Assembly (NCBI GenBank): GCA_036390155.1
Contig: DASWCJ010000251.1
Location: 1 to 58,990, forward strand
Direction: 5' to 3'
Source of the DNA: Anaeromyxobacter sp.
GTDB lineage: Bacteria > Myxococcota > Myxococcia > Myxococcales > Anaeromyxobacteraceae
DNA length: 58,990 nt
Shown here: piece after piece, positions 10,280 through 20,556 of the stretch
Position numbering within the stretch: position 1 is the stretch's first letter
Layout: every line of letters starts with the position of its first letter
Made by a program: the position numbers and the translations under genes
Notes under the pieces: generated by a model
What the model saw: the letters and a program-made list of their open reading frames with translations, nothing else
The model's database searches: none
What the model was told of the DNA's origin: nothing

Positions 10280-12694
10280 ATGCGCATCTCGCTCAGCTGG
10301 CTTTCGGAGTACGTGACCGTCCCGTCGCCCGAGGAGGCGGCAAAGCGGCTCACCGCGGTCGGCCTCGAGGTGGAGGCGATCGAGCGGACCGGGCAGGGGC
10401 TCGGCGGCGTCGTCGCCGCGAAGATCCTCGCGTCGGAGCCGCACCCGAACGCCGAGAAGCTCTCGGTCACCCGCGTGGACGCGGGCCGGGGAGAGCCGCT
10501 CCAGATCGTCTGCGGCGCGAAGAACTACGCGGTGGGCGACGTGGTCCCGCTCGCCACGGTGGGCGCCGTGCTCCCGGGCGGCGCGAAGATCGAGAAGGCG
10601 AAGCTCCGCGGCGTCGAGTCCTTCGGGATGCTCTGCTCGGCGAAGGAGCTCGGGCTGTCCCCCGACGCGACCGGGCTCCTCCTCCTCGATCGCACGATCG
10701 TCCCCGGGACGCCGATCGCGAAGGCGCTGCTCCTCGAGGACGTGCTCCTCGAGGTGAACGTCACCCCGAACCGGCCCGACGCGCTCTCGCACGTCGGCGT
10801 CGCCCGCGAGCTGGCCGCCGCGCTCGGCGAGAAGGTGAAGCTGCCCGCGCCGCGGCTCGCCGAGCAGGGCGCGCCCGCGACGGACGCGGTGAAGGTCCGG
10901 ATCGAGGCGCCCGACCGCTGCGCCCGGTACGCCGCGCGCGTCGTCGAGGGCGTGAAGATCGGGCCCTCTCCGCGCTGGCTCGCGCGCCGCCTCGAGGCCT
11001 GCGGGGTCCGGTCGATCTCCAACGTCGTCGACGCGACCAACTTCGTGCTCCTCGAGCTCGGGCACCCGCTCCACGCCTTCGACCTCGACAAGGTCGCCGG
11101 GAGCGAGATCGTGGTCCGCACCGCGCGGCCGGGCGAGAAGATGACGACGCTCGACGGCAAGGAGCGGGCGCTCTCGCCGGAGGACCTGCTCATCGCCGAT
11201 CGCGATCGAGGCAGCGCGCTCGCCGGAGTGATGGGCGGCGGGGACTCCGAGATCTCCGCGGGCACCTCCCGCGTCCTCCTCGAGTCGGCCTGGTTCGAGC
11301 CGAACGGGATCCGGCGCACCGCGCGCCGGCACGGCCTCAAGACCGAGGCGTCCTACCGATTCGAGCGCGGGGCCGACCCGGGCATGGTGATCCCCGCGGC
11401 GGATCGCTGCGCGGCGCTCATCGCCGAGCTCGCCGGCGGCGCGGTGCGCCCCGGGATCGTGGACTGCCACCCGCGCGAGGTCCGCGCGCCGGAGGTCCGG
11501 CTCCGCTGGGCCCGGCCCGCCCAGCTCCTCGGCATGGACGTCGCCCGGGAGGACGCGCGGAAGATCCTCACCGGCCTCGGCTTCGCCGAGCGGAAGGGCG
11601 ACGCCGACGGGGCGACCTGGCAGGTCCCGTCCTGGCGCGCCGACGTCTCGATCGAGGAGGACCTCGTCGAGGAGATCGTCCGGACCAAGGGCTACGACGC
11701 GATCCCCGAGACCCTGCCGCACGGCGCGAGCGACACGCCCGCGGAGCCGCTCGACGCGCGCGCGGTGGGTCGGATCCGCGCCGCCCTCGAGGCCGCCGGC
11801 TTCTCCGAGGCGGTGAACTTCAGCTTCGTCGCGGAGCGGGAGCTCGCGCCCTTCGAGCAGCCGGTCGCGACCGGCGACGGGACCGGGCGCGCCCTCGGCA
11901 TCGCCCTCAAGAACCCGATCTCCGCCGACCTCTCGGTGATGCGGACGAGCCTCGTCCCCTCGCTCCTCAAGAACGTCGCGCACAACCTCCGGCAGCGGAT
12001 CGCCGACGTCCGGCTCTACGAGATCGCGAGCGTCTACCACCCGGGGCCGAACCCGAAGGACCGGCCCTCCGCTGAGTCGGTCGAGGTCGCGGGCGTGATC
12101 CTCGGACGCCGCAGCCCGGTCGGCTGGGCAGCGGGCGGCGACGCGGCGGACTTCTACGACGCGAAGGCGGCGGTCTCCGGGATCGTGGAGGCGCTCGGCG
12201 TCGAAGCCTCGTGGCAGGCGAAGGGAGGATCCTGGCTCCACCCGCGCCACTCCGCGAAGCTCCTTGCGGGCGACGACGTGCTCGGAGTCGTCGGCGAGCT
12301 CCACCCGCGTGTCGCGGCGGCGTTCGAGCTCCCGCGCGGCGTGCTCGCCTTCCGGCTCTCGCTCGACGCGCTGCTGCGCGCGGCGCGGCTCGTCCCGCAG
12401 CACCGGCCCATCCCGCGGCTCCCGGCGGTCCTCCGCGACCTCGCGGTGGTGGTGGACGACGGCGCGGCCGCCGCGGCGGTCGAGGCGCTCGTGCGCGAGG
12501 AGGCGCTCGTCGAGGCGGTGACGCTCTTCGACGTGTACCGTGGCGCGCCGCTCCCGCAGGGGAAGAAGAACCTCGCCTTCGCGATCGCCTATCGCGCCGC
12601 GGACCGGACGCTCACCGACGCCGAGGCGGACGCTGCGCACGCGCGCATCGTGAAGCGGCTGGCGCAGAAGCTCGGCGCCGAGCTCCGGGGGTAG
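10280..12694 (+). CDS. pheT: phenylalanyl-tRNA synthetase beta subunit
   Basis: HPNAEKL, GMLCSAKELG, TPNRPDALS, RFERG, DLVEEIVR and C-terminal anticodon-binding domain. Confidence 0.98.
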   Translation: MRISLSWLSEYVTVPSPEEAAKRLTAVGLEVEAIERTGQGLGGVVAAKILASEPHPNAEKLSVTRVDAGRGEPLQIVCGAKNYAVGDVVPLATVGAVLPGGAKIEKAKLRGVESFGMLCSAKELGLSPDATGLLLLDRTIVPGTPIAKALLLEDVLLEVNVTPNRPDALSHVGVARELAAALGEKVKLPAPRLAEQGAPATDAVKVRIEAPDRCARYAARVVEGVKIGPSPRWLARRLEACGVRSISNVVDATNFVLLELGHPLHAFDLDKVAGSEIVVRTARPGEKMTTLDGKERALSPEDLLIADRDRGSALAGVMGGGDSEISAGTSRVLLESAWFEPNGIRRTARRHGLKTEASYRFERGADPGMVIPAADRCAALIAELAGGAVRPGIVDCHPREVRAPEVRLRWARPAQLLGMDVAREDARKILTGLGFAERKGDADGATWQVPSWRADVSIEEDLVEEIVRTKGYDAIPETLPHGASDTPAEPLDARAVGRIRAALEAAGFSEAVNFSFVAERELAPFEQPVATGDGTGRALGIALKNPISADLSVMRTSLVPSLLKNVAHNLRQRIADVRLYEIASVYHPGPNPKDRPSAESVEVAGVILGRRSPVGWAAGGDAADFYDAKAAVSGIVEALGVEASWQAKGGSWLHPRHSAKLLAGDDVLGVVGELHPRVAAAFELPRGVLAFRLSLDALLRAARLVPQHRPIPRLPAVLRDLAVVVDDGAAAAAVEALVREEALVEAVTLFDVYRGAPLPQGKKNLAFAIAYRAADRTLTDAEADAAHARIVKRLAQKLGAELRG

Positions 12695-12695
12695 G

Positions 12696-13121
12696 GTGGC
12701 CCCGCCCCGCGACCGGCTCCCGCTCGCGGCGCTCGGGTTCGGCCTCGCCGCGCTGCTCTCCTCGTGGAGCCCGCTCTCCGCCCCGTTCGGCGTGCTCGTC
12801 GGGATCGTCTCCCTGCTCCTCGCCGTCCGCGCGTGGCGCCGGGTCGAGCGCAAGCGCGTCGCCGCCGCCGCGGTCGCGGTCTCGTTCGTCGCCGTCGTCG
12901 CGAGCGCGGTCGTCGTCGCGCTCACCGCGGGCGTCGGCCGGGAGCTCGGAGGGCCGCCGGTCGTGCAGGCGCCCTCTCGCGAGGACGTCTCGGCGGAGCT
13001 CGACCGGGCCGCCGAGCGTACGCGCGCCGCTCGCGATCGCGCGAAGAAGGAGCTCGACGCGCTCGGGCCGCCGCTCGCGAGCGAACCACCCCGGGACGCG
13101 CGCGCGGGGACCGTTCGCTGA
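12696..13121 (+). CDS. hypothetical small membrane protein
   Basis: Two to three hydrophobic segments followed by a charged helix; begins 1 nt after pheT. Confidence 0.7.
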   Translation: MAPPRDRLPLAALGFGLAALLSSWSPLSAPFGVLVGIVSLLLAVRAWRRVERKRVAAAAVAVSFVAVVASAVVVALTAGVGRELGGPPVVQAPSREDVSAELDRAAERTRAARDRAKKELDALGPPLASEPPRDARAGTVR

Positions 13122-13132
13122 AGGATCGTTCG

Positions 13133-13161
13133 TTGACAGCGTCCGGAAAATCAGCTACCGA
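13133..13161 (+). promoter_or_regulatory. putative ihfA promoter
   Basis: TTGACA, 17 nt spacer, weak -10 TACCGA; AT-rich AATTCACTACTTA just downstream partly matches the IHF consensus. Confidence 0.4.
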
Positions 13162-13211
13162 ATTCACTACTTAGCGTGACTTCAGCGGAGCGCGGGACGG
13201 GAGAGCGAACC

Positions 13212-13517
13212 GTGACCAAGGCCGACATCATCGAGAGCGTCTACGAGAAGGTGGGCTTCTCCAAGAAGGAAGCCGCCGAGATCGTCGAGTTGGTGTTCGA
13301 CACGATCAAGGAGACGCTCGAGCGCGGCGAGAAGATCAAGATCAGTGGTTTCGGTAACTTCATCGTTCGCGACAAGAAGTCCCGTGTGGGTCGCAACCCC
13401 CAGACCGGCCAGGAGATCGAGATCAGCGCCCGCCGCGTCCTGACGTTCCGCCCGAGCCAGGTGCTGAAGAACGCCCTCAACGGGACGGACACGCCGATCG
13501 GTCCGGAAGACATCTAG
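13212..13517 (+). CDS. ihfA: integration host factor alpha subunit
   Basis: MTKADI, KISGFGNF, GRNPQTG, RRVLTFRPSQVLK; downstream of pheT. Confidence 0.93.
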   Translation: MTKADIIESVYEKVGFSKKEAAEIVELVFDTIKETLERGEKIKISGFGNFIVRDKKSRVGRNPQTGQEIEISARRVLTFRPSQVLKNALNGTDTPIGPEDI

Positions 13518-13568
13518 CACTCCTCGCGTTTCGCGCACGCGGCGAGGCCGCTCGACTATAACGGGGCC

Positions 13569-13955
13569 ATGGCGATCGACTACGTCGACCGCAGGCGCAT
13601 GCGCCTGGACGTCGAGTTCCGCTTCGCGGCCTCGCACCGCCTGCCCCGCTACGACGGGCCGTGCTCCCAGCTCCACGGCCACAACTACACCTTCTTCGTC
13701 GGGATCGAAGGGGACGTCGATCCACGGAGCGGGATGATCGCCGACTTCGGCGACATCAAGCGCGTGGTGCAGGACGAGGTCCTCGTGAAGACCGATCACC
13801 GCCACCTCAACGACGTCCTCGAGAACCCGACCGCGGAGCACATCGCGCGCTGGATCTGGGAGGCCCTCGCCGGCCGGCTCCCCGGGCTCGCCGAGGTGCG
13901 GCTCTACGAGATGCCCGACTCGTGCGTGACCTACCGGGGGCCGGGTGGCCGGTAG
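13569..13955 (+). CDS. queD: 6-carboxytetrahydropterin synthase / PTPS-I family
   Basis: FAASHRL, CSQLHGHNY (CxxxHGH), ENPTAE, RLYE. Confidence 0.9.
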   Translation: MAIDYVDRRRMRLDVEFRFAASHRLPRYDGPCSQLHGHNYTFFVGIEGDVDPRSGMIADFGDIKRVVQDEVLVKTDHRHLNDVLENPTAEHIARWIWEALAGRLPGLAEVRLYEMPDSCVTYRGPGGR

Positions 13956-14685
13956 GCCGCTCCGCCGCCCGAGGCGCGACGCGCCGGCCTCCGCCGAGGC
14001 GGCGGCGGCCATCGCCCGCTTCCTCGACGCGCTCCTGCCGGACGAGGTGCGCCGCTCGGAGGACCTCCGCGAGACGCCGCGCCGGGTGGCGGAGGCCTGG
14101 GCCGAGGATCTCCTCGACGGCTACGCGCGCGATCCCGCGGAGATCCTCGCGGAGAAGCTTCCGAGCGCGGGGCGCGACCTCGTCGCCGTCACCGGGATCG
14201 ACTACCACTCGGTCTGCCCGCACCACCTGCTGCCCTCGCGCGGCGTCGCGCACGTCGCCTACGTCCCGGGCGGGAAGGTGGTCGGGTTCGGCCAGCTCGT
14301 GAAGCTCGTGGACGCGCTCGCCCACCGGCTCGTGCTCGAGGAGGACCTCGCCCGCGAGGTGGCCGACGCGCTCGTCCAGCACCTCGGCGCGCGAGGCGCG
14401 GCGTGCCTCCTCGAGGCGGAGCAGCTCTGCATGACGGTCCGCGGGGAGAAGCGGGCCGGGGCGCGCGCGCACGCCGAGGCCTGGGCCGGGGTCCTCGCGA
14501 AGGACGGGCCGGTGAAGAAGCGGTTCCTCGATCTCGTGAACCGAAGCCAGCTTGGTCCTGGACGTGGACGTGGACGTGGACGTGGTCCTCGACCGCTCGG
14601 CGGTCGAGGTCGAAGTCCAGGTCCAGGTCCAGGTCCAGGTCCAGGTCCAAGTCCAAGTCGCAGGAACCCAGGTGGACGGCCGTGA
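13945..14685 (+). CDS. folE: GTP cyclohydrolase I family protein, divergent, with repeat-derived C-terminal tail
   Basis: LRETPRRVA, SVCPHHLLP, HVAYVP, LCMTVRG; several canonical residues are altered. Confidence 0.8.
   Translation: MAGRPLRRPRRDAPASAEAAAAIARFLDALLPDEVRRSEDLRETPRRVAEAWAEDLLDGYARDPAEILAEKLPSAGRDLVAVTGIDYHSVCPHHLLPSRGVAHVAYVPGGKVVGFGQLVKLVDALAHRLVLEEDLAREVADALVQHLGARGAACLLEAEQLCMTVRGEKRAGARAHAEAWAGVLAKDGPVKKRFLDLVNRSQLGPGRGRGRGRGPRPLGGRGRSPGPGPGPGPGPSPSRRNPGGRP
14551..14658. repeat. hexamer-repeat hairpin element, copy 1
   Basis: (GGACGT)4, perfect 10-bp stem CCTCGACCGC/GCGGTCGAGG, then (GTCCAG)5(GTCCAA)2. Confidence 0.9.
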
Positions 14686-15359
14686 CCGCCTTCCGCACCG
14701 CCGTCGTCACGGGGGGCGGACGCGGGATCGGTGCCGCGATCGCGCGTGCGCTCACCGCGCGCGGCCTCGCGGTGACGGTCTTCGCGCGGACCCGCGCCGA
14801 GGTGGACGCGGTGGTCGCGGCGAAGGGCGCCGCCCTGGCCGTCGCCGGGGACGTCCGTCGCGAGGAGGACGTCGCGCGGCTCGTCGCCGAGCACGAGCGC
14901 GCCCTCGGGCCCCCCGACGTGCTCGTGAGCTGCGCGGGGATCCTCGTGCGCGGGCTCGCGGAGGAGACCTCGCCGGCCGCCTTCCGCGAGGTGCTCGACG
15001 TGAACCTCACCGGCGCGTTCCTCGTGGCGCGCGCCGTCCTGCCGGGGATGAAGGCGCGCCGCCGCGGCCGCATCGTCCAGGTGACCTCCATCTCCGGCAC
15101 GCTCGGGACGCCGGAGGCGAGCGCGTACAACGCCTCGAAGTGGGGGCTCGTCGGGCTCACGAAGTCCCTCGCGGAGGAGCTCCGGCCGCACGGGATCGCC
15201 TGCGTGGGCGTGTCGCCCGGGAGCGTCGACACCGGGATGCTCGCGAAGACCCCGTTCCGGCCCGACATGGGGCCGGAGGACGTGGCGCGGGTGGTCCTCT
15301 TCGCGGCCCTCGACGCGCCCTTCGCGATCACCGGCGCGAACCTCGAGGTGCACGGGTGA
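14682..15359 (+). CDS. short-chain dehydrogenase/reductase
   Basis: TGGGRGIG Rossmann motif, YNASK catalytic motif, VSPGSVDT; GTGA overlap with the folE stop. Confidence 0.9.
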   Translation: MTAFRTAVVTGGGRGIGAAIARALTARGLAVTVFARTRAEVDAVVAAKGAALAVAGDVRREEDVARLVAEHERALGPPDVLVSCAGILVRGLAEETSPAAFREVLDVNLTGAFLVARAVLPGMKARRRGRIVQVTSISGTLGTPEASAYNASKWGLVGLTKSLAEELRPHGIACVGVSPGSVDTGMLAKTPFRPDMGPEDVARVVLFAALDAPFAITGANLEVHG

Positions 15360-16750
15360 GCCGCGCCGGCGCCGCGCTCCCCGACCTGCGCGCCGCCTTC
15401 CCGGGCCGGCTCGTCGAGGGGGACCGGGACCGGCTCGAGGCGTATGGCCGCGACGAGTCGGATCTCGGGACGTACCCGCCCGACGCGGTCGTCCTCGTCG
15501 AGTCGTCAGAGGACGTCCGGACCGTCTTCGCGATCGCGAGCCGCCACCGCGTGCCGGTCGTGCCCGTCGCGGCGCGGAGCGGCAAGTCCGGCGGGAGCCT
15601 CGCGGTCGAGGGCGGGATCGCGGTCTCGACCGAGCGGATGAGCCGGATCCTGGAGGTGAGCCCGGGCGACCTCGTCGCGCGGGTCGAGCCCGGGGTGATC
15701 CTCGCCACGCTCCACGCGGAGGTCGAGCGCCACGGGCTCTTCTACCCGCCCGATCCGAACTCGCTCGAGCTGTGCACCCTCGGCGGCAACGTCGCGGAGA
15801 ACGCCGGCGGCCCGCGGGCGGTGAAGTACGGCGTGACGCGCGACTACGTGCTCGGGCTCACCGCGGTGATCCCGACCGGCGAGATCCTGAAGCTCGGGCA
15901 CCGCTCCATCAAAGGGGTCGCGGGCTACGACCTCACCGCGCTCTTCGTGGGGAGCGAGGGGACGCTCGGGATCGTGACGGAGCTGACGCTGAAGCTCCTG
16001 CCCCGGCCGCGCCACGTCGCGACCGCGCTCGTGCCGTTCCCGTCCGTGGAGGCAGCGGCGCGGGCGGTGACCCGGGTGCTCACGGCAGGAAGCCTGCCCC
16101 GCTGCCTCGAGCTCATGGACGACGTCGCGCTCGCGGCTGCGGCGAAGACCTCCGCGTACCGCTTCCCCCCCGCGGCGCGCGCGGCGCTCCTCGTGGAGAC
16201 GGACGGCAACGAGGAGGACGCCGTCTTCGCCGAGCTCGCGCGCGTCGTGGAGCTCGCCGCCGAGGACGCGGCGGGGGAGGCGATCGTCGCGCAGAGCGAG
16301 GCCCAGCGACGCGAGGTGTGGGAGGCGCGCCGGTACCTGTCGGTGAACCTCAAGACGCTCCACCCGCTCAAGCTCTCCGAGGACGTCGCCGTCCCGCGCT
16401 CGCGCATCCCCGAGATGATCGCCCGCGCGAAGGAGATCGGGGCGCGCCACGGGCTCGCGGTCGCGACCTACGGCCACGCGGGCGACGGGAACCTCCACTG
16501 CAACGTCCTCTTCGATCGCGAGGACGAGCGCCCGCGGGTGGACAGGGCGGTCGCGGAGATCCTGCGCGCGGCGGTGGACCTCGGCGGCACCATCACCGGC
16601 GAGCACGGCGTCGGGCTCGCCAAGCGGGACTTCCTCGAGTACGAGCAGGGCCGGGAGGTCGTCGCGCTCCAGCGCCGGCTCAAGGCGGTGTTCGATCCCC
16701 TCGGGATCCTGAACCCGGGGAAGATCTTCCCTGTCGACCGCGCGCGCTGA
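15356..16750 (+). CDS. FAD-linked oxidase, GlcD / D-lactate dehydrogenase family
   Basis: YPPDPNS, GGNVAENAGG, KYGVTRDYV, GSEGTLG, GHAGDGNLH, GEHGVG, LNPGK. Confidence 0.92.
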   Translation: MSRAGAALPDLRAAFPGRLVEGDRDRLEAYGRDESDLGTYPPDAVVLVESSEDVRTVFAIASRHRVPVVPVAARSGKSGGSLAVEGGIAVSTERMSRILEVSPGDLVARVEPGVILATLHAEVERHGLFYPPDPNSLELCTLGGNVAENAGGPRAVKYGVTRDYVLGLTAVIPTGEILKLGHRSIKGVAGYDLTALFVGSEGTLGIVTELTLKLLPRPRHVATALVPFPSVEAAARAVTRVLTAGSLPRCLELMDDVALAAAAKTSAYRFPPAARAALLVETDGNEEDAVFAELARVVELAAEDAAGEAIVAQSEAQRREVWEARRYLSVNLKTLHPLKLSEDVAVPRSRIPEMIARAKEIGARHGLAVATYGHAGDGNLHCNVLFDREDERPRVDRAVAEILRAAVDLGGTITGEHGVGLAKRDFLEYEQGREVVALQRRLKAVFDPLGILNPGKIFPVDRAR

Positions 16751-16928
16751 CGTCGGCGCGCGCTCCAACCCCGCGGCACCCCACGTGATCCAGGCCAAGA
16801 ACCGCACCCAGCGGAGGTGATCGGCGTGCTCGCGAACCAGGCATGCGCGACCCTATCGGGACGTCATCTGGAACGGGGCTGGTCCGCGATACCTCAATCA
16901 TCACGAGCACTTGGAGTGCATGCGTGCC

Positions 16929-16957
16929 TTGACTTCCGGCGGGTGATCGGGCATACA
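16929..16957 (+). promoter_or_regulatory. putative sigma70 promoter of korAB
   Basis: TTGACT, 17 nt spacer, CATACA. Confidence 0.45.
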
Positions 16958-17022
16958 GCAGGCCCCTTCCCCGGGGGATCGGCTCTCCCCCACCGCACCC
17001 CCACCAGGAGACCCAGGGCGAC

Positions 17023-18879
<1,857 letters not shown>

Positions 18880-18899
18880 CACCGGAAAGGACCACGACC

Positions 18900-19940
18900 A
18901 TGAGCACGAACGAGACCACGGCCCTGCCGGTCTACACGAAGAAGGACTTCGAATCGGGCATCGATCCGCGCTGGTGCCCCGGCTGCGGCGACTTCTCGAT
19001 CATCAACCAGGTGCAGAAGGCGATGCCGGCCGTCGGGGTGAAGCGCGAGAACATCGTCTTCGTCTCCGGCATCGGCTGCTCGTCGCGCTTCCCGTACTAC
19101 ATGAACAACTACGGGATGCACACGCTGCACGGGCGCGCCCCGTCCTTCGCGACGGGCATCAAGATCGCCCGGCCCGAGCTGATGGTGTGGGTCGTCACCG
19201 GCGACGGCGACGCGCTCGCCATCGGCGGCAACCACTTCATCCACGCGATGCGGCGCAACCTCGATCTCAAGATCCTGCTGTTCAACAACCGCATCTACGG
19301 GCTCACGAAGGGCCAGGTCTCCCCGACCTCCGAGCTCTACAAGAAGACGAAGACGACGCCGCACGGCTCGCCGGACTACCCGTTCAACCCGCCCGCGCTC
19401 GCGCTCGGCTCCGGCGCGACGTTCGTCGCGCGCACCGTCGACGTCGAGGGCGCGCACATGGGCGGCATCATCCAGGCGGCCGCGGAGCACAAGGGCAGCG
19501 TCCTGGTCGAGATCTTCCAGAACTGCCCGGTGTTCAACGACGGCGCGTACACCTTCCTGACCGACAAGGCGGTGAAGGCGGACATGCAGCTCAAGATGGA
19601 GCACGGCAAGCCGCTCCTCTTCGGCAAGGACATGAAGAAGGGCATCCGCTTCAACCCGAAGACCGCGGAGCTCGAGGTCGTGACGGTCGGCCAGGACGGC
19701 GTGACCGAGGGTGACATCCTCGTCCACGACGCGAAGCGCGCCGATCCGACGATGGCGTTCATGCTCGCGAACCTCGCCGAGAAGGCGGGGTTCCCGACGC
19801 CGATCGGGATCTTCCGCGACGTCCGCAAGCCGAGCGCCGACGAGATCACCTGGGAGATCATCGGCAAGCAGAAGGCGGCGAAGCCGGACGCCGATCTGAA
19901 GAAGCTCCTCGCCGGCGCGGACACCTGGCAGATTGGTTGA
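18900..19940 (+). CDS. korB: 2-oxoacid:ferredoxin oxidoreductase beta subunit
   Basis: WCPGCGD, SGIGCSSR, TGDGDA, YGLTKGQ. Confidence 0.92.
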   Translation: MSTNETTALPVYTKKDFESGIDPRWCPGCGDFSIINQVQKAMPAVGVKRENIVFVSGIGCSSRFPYYMNNYGMHTLHGRAPSFATGIKIARPELMVWVVTGDGDALAIGGNHFIHAMRRNLDLKILLFNNRIYGLTKGQVSPTSELYKKTKTTPHGSPDYPFNPPALALGSGATFVARTVDVEGAHMGGIIQAAAEHKGSVLVEIFQNCPVFNDGAYTFLTDKAVKADMQLKMEHGKPLLFGKDMKKGIRFNPKTAELEVVTVGQDGVTEGDILVHDAKRADPTMAFMLANLAEKAGFPTPIGIFRDVRKPSADEITWEIIGKQKAAKPDADLKKLLAGADTWQIG

Positions 19941-19986
19941 GGGAAGGGGCCGGCCCGCTTTCCGCTGATGAAGATCGGTTCGGCGT

Positions 19987-20026
19987 GAAGCCCTCTCCCG
20001 GTACCCGGGAGGGGGCTTCGTGTTTT
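19987..20026 (+). terminator. intrinsic terminator after korB
   Basis: 15-bp stem GAAGCCCTCTCCCGG/CCGGGAGGGGGCTTC followed by GTGTTTT. Confidence 0.75.
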
Positions 20027-20168
20027 CAGGGGGTTCGCACCGCACCGCGGCGCTGGCGGCGCCTTCCCGACGCGTGGTGCACGGAAGATCGACGCGTTGA
20101 CTCGACGAATCGTCGATTGCTCGGGTCGATGAAATCGCCAATAGTTCCGGGCAAAAAACTCGGCTCGC

Positions 20169-20182
20169 TTGATCTGGATCTA
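20169..20182 (+). promoter_or_regulatory. FNR/CRP-family box
   Basis: TTGAT-CTGG-ATCTA, one mismatch to TTGAT-N4-ATCAA; -10-like TAGTGA at 20206-20211. Confidence 0.5.
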
Positions 20183-20265
20183 GATACCGCAAGGCGCGAA
20201 GGGTGTAGTGACACGCTCTCTCTCGAGCCCGGTCAATTCCGGCCGCGCTCCCCGAGGAGCCATCG

Positions 20266-20538
20266 ATGACGGATCAGAAGACTCCCGTCGCGCCGAAGAA
20301 GCCGAAGAACTTCCTTGGCGTCGTCGTGATCAAGCACGAACAGTGCAAGGGCTGCGGATTCTGTGTCGAGTTCTGCCCGCTCGGCGCGCTCGAGCTCGAC
20401 AAGGGCTACAACGCGAAGGGCTACCACCCGCCGTTCTTCGCCAAGCCCGAGGTCTGCAACGGCTGCGACATGTGCGGCCTCATCTGCCCCGACTTCGCGA
20501 TCTTCGGTTACCGCGAGAAGCTCGACAACGCGGCCTAA
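20266..20538 (+). CDS. 2x[4Fe-4S] ferredoxin, delta subunit of a four-subunit oxidoreductase
   Basis: CKGCGFCVEFCP and CNGCDMCGLICP. Confidence 0.93.
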   Translation: MTDQKTPVAPKKPKNFLGVVVIKHEQCKGCGFCVEFCPLGALELDKGYNAKGYHPPFFAKPEVCNGCDMCGLICPDFAIFGYREKLDNAA

Positions 20539-20556
20539 GGAACGAGGACACCACTC

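Noticed and set aside
14403..15355. Extended N-termini for the SDR, the FAD oxidase and mtgA containing WTWT, DVDV or VQVQ repeats
   Set aside because: Artefacts of stop-free hexamer repeats; coupled GTG starts at 14682 and 15356 and the TM-proximal start at 28293 fit better.
16785..16798. Second FNR-like box GTGAT-CCAG-GCCAA upstream of korA
   Set aside because: Three mismatches to consensus and far from the putative promoter; too weak to call.
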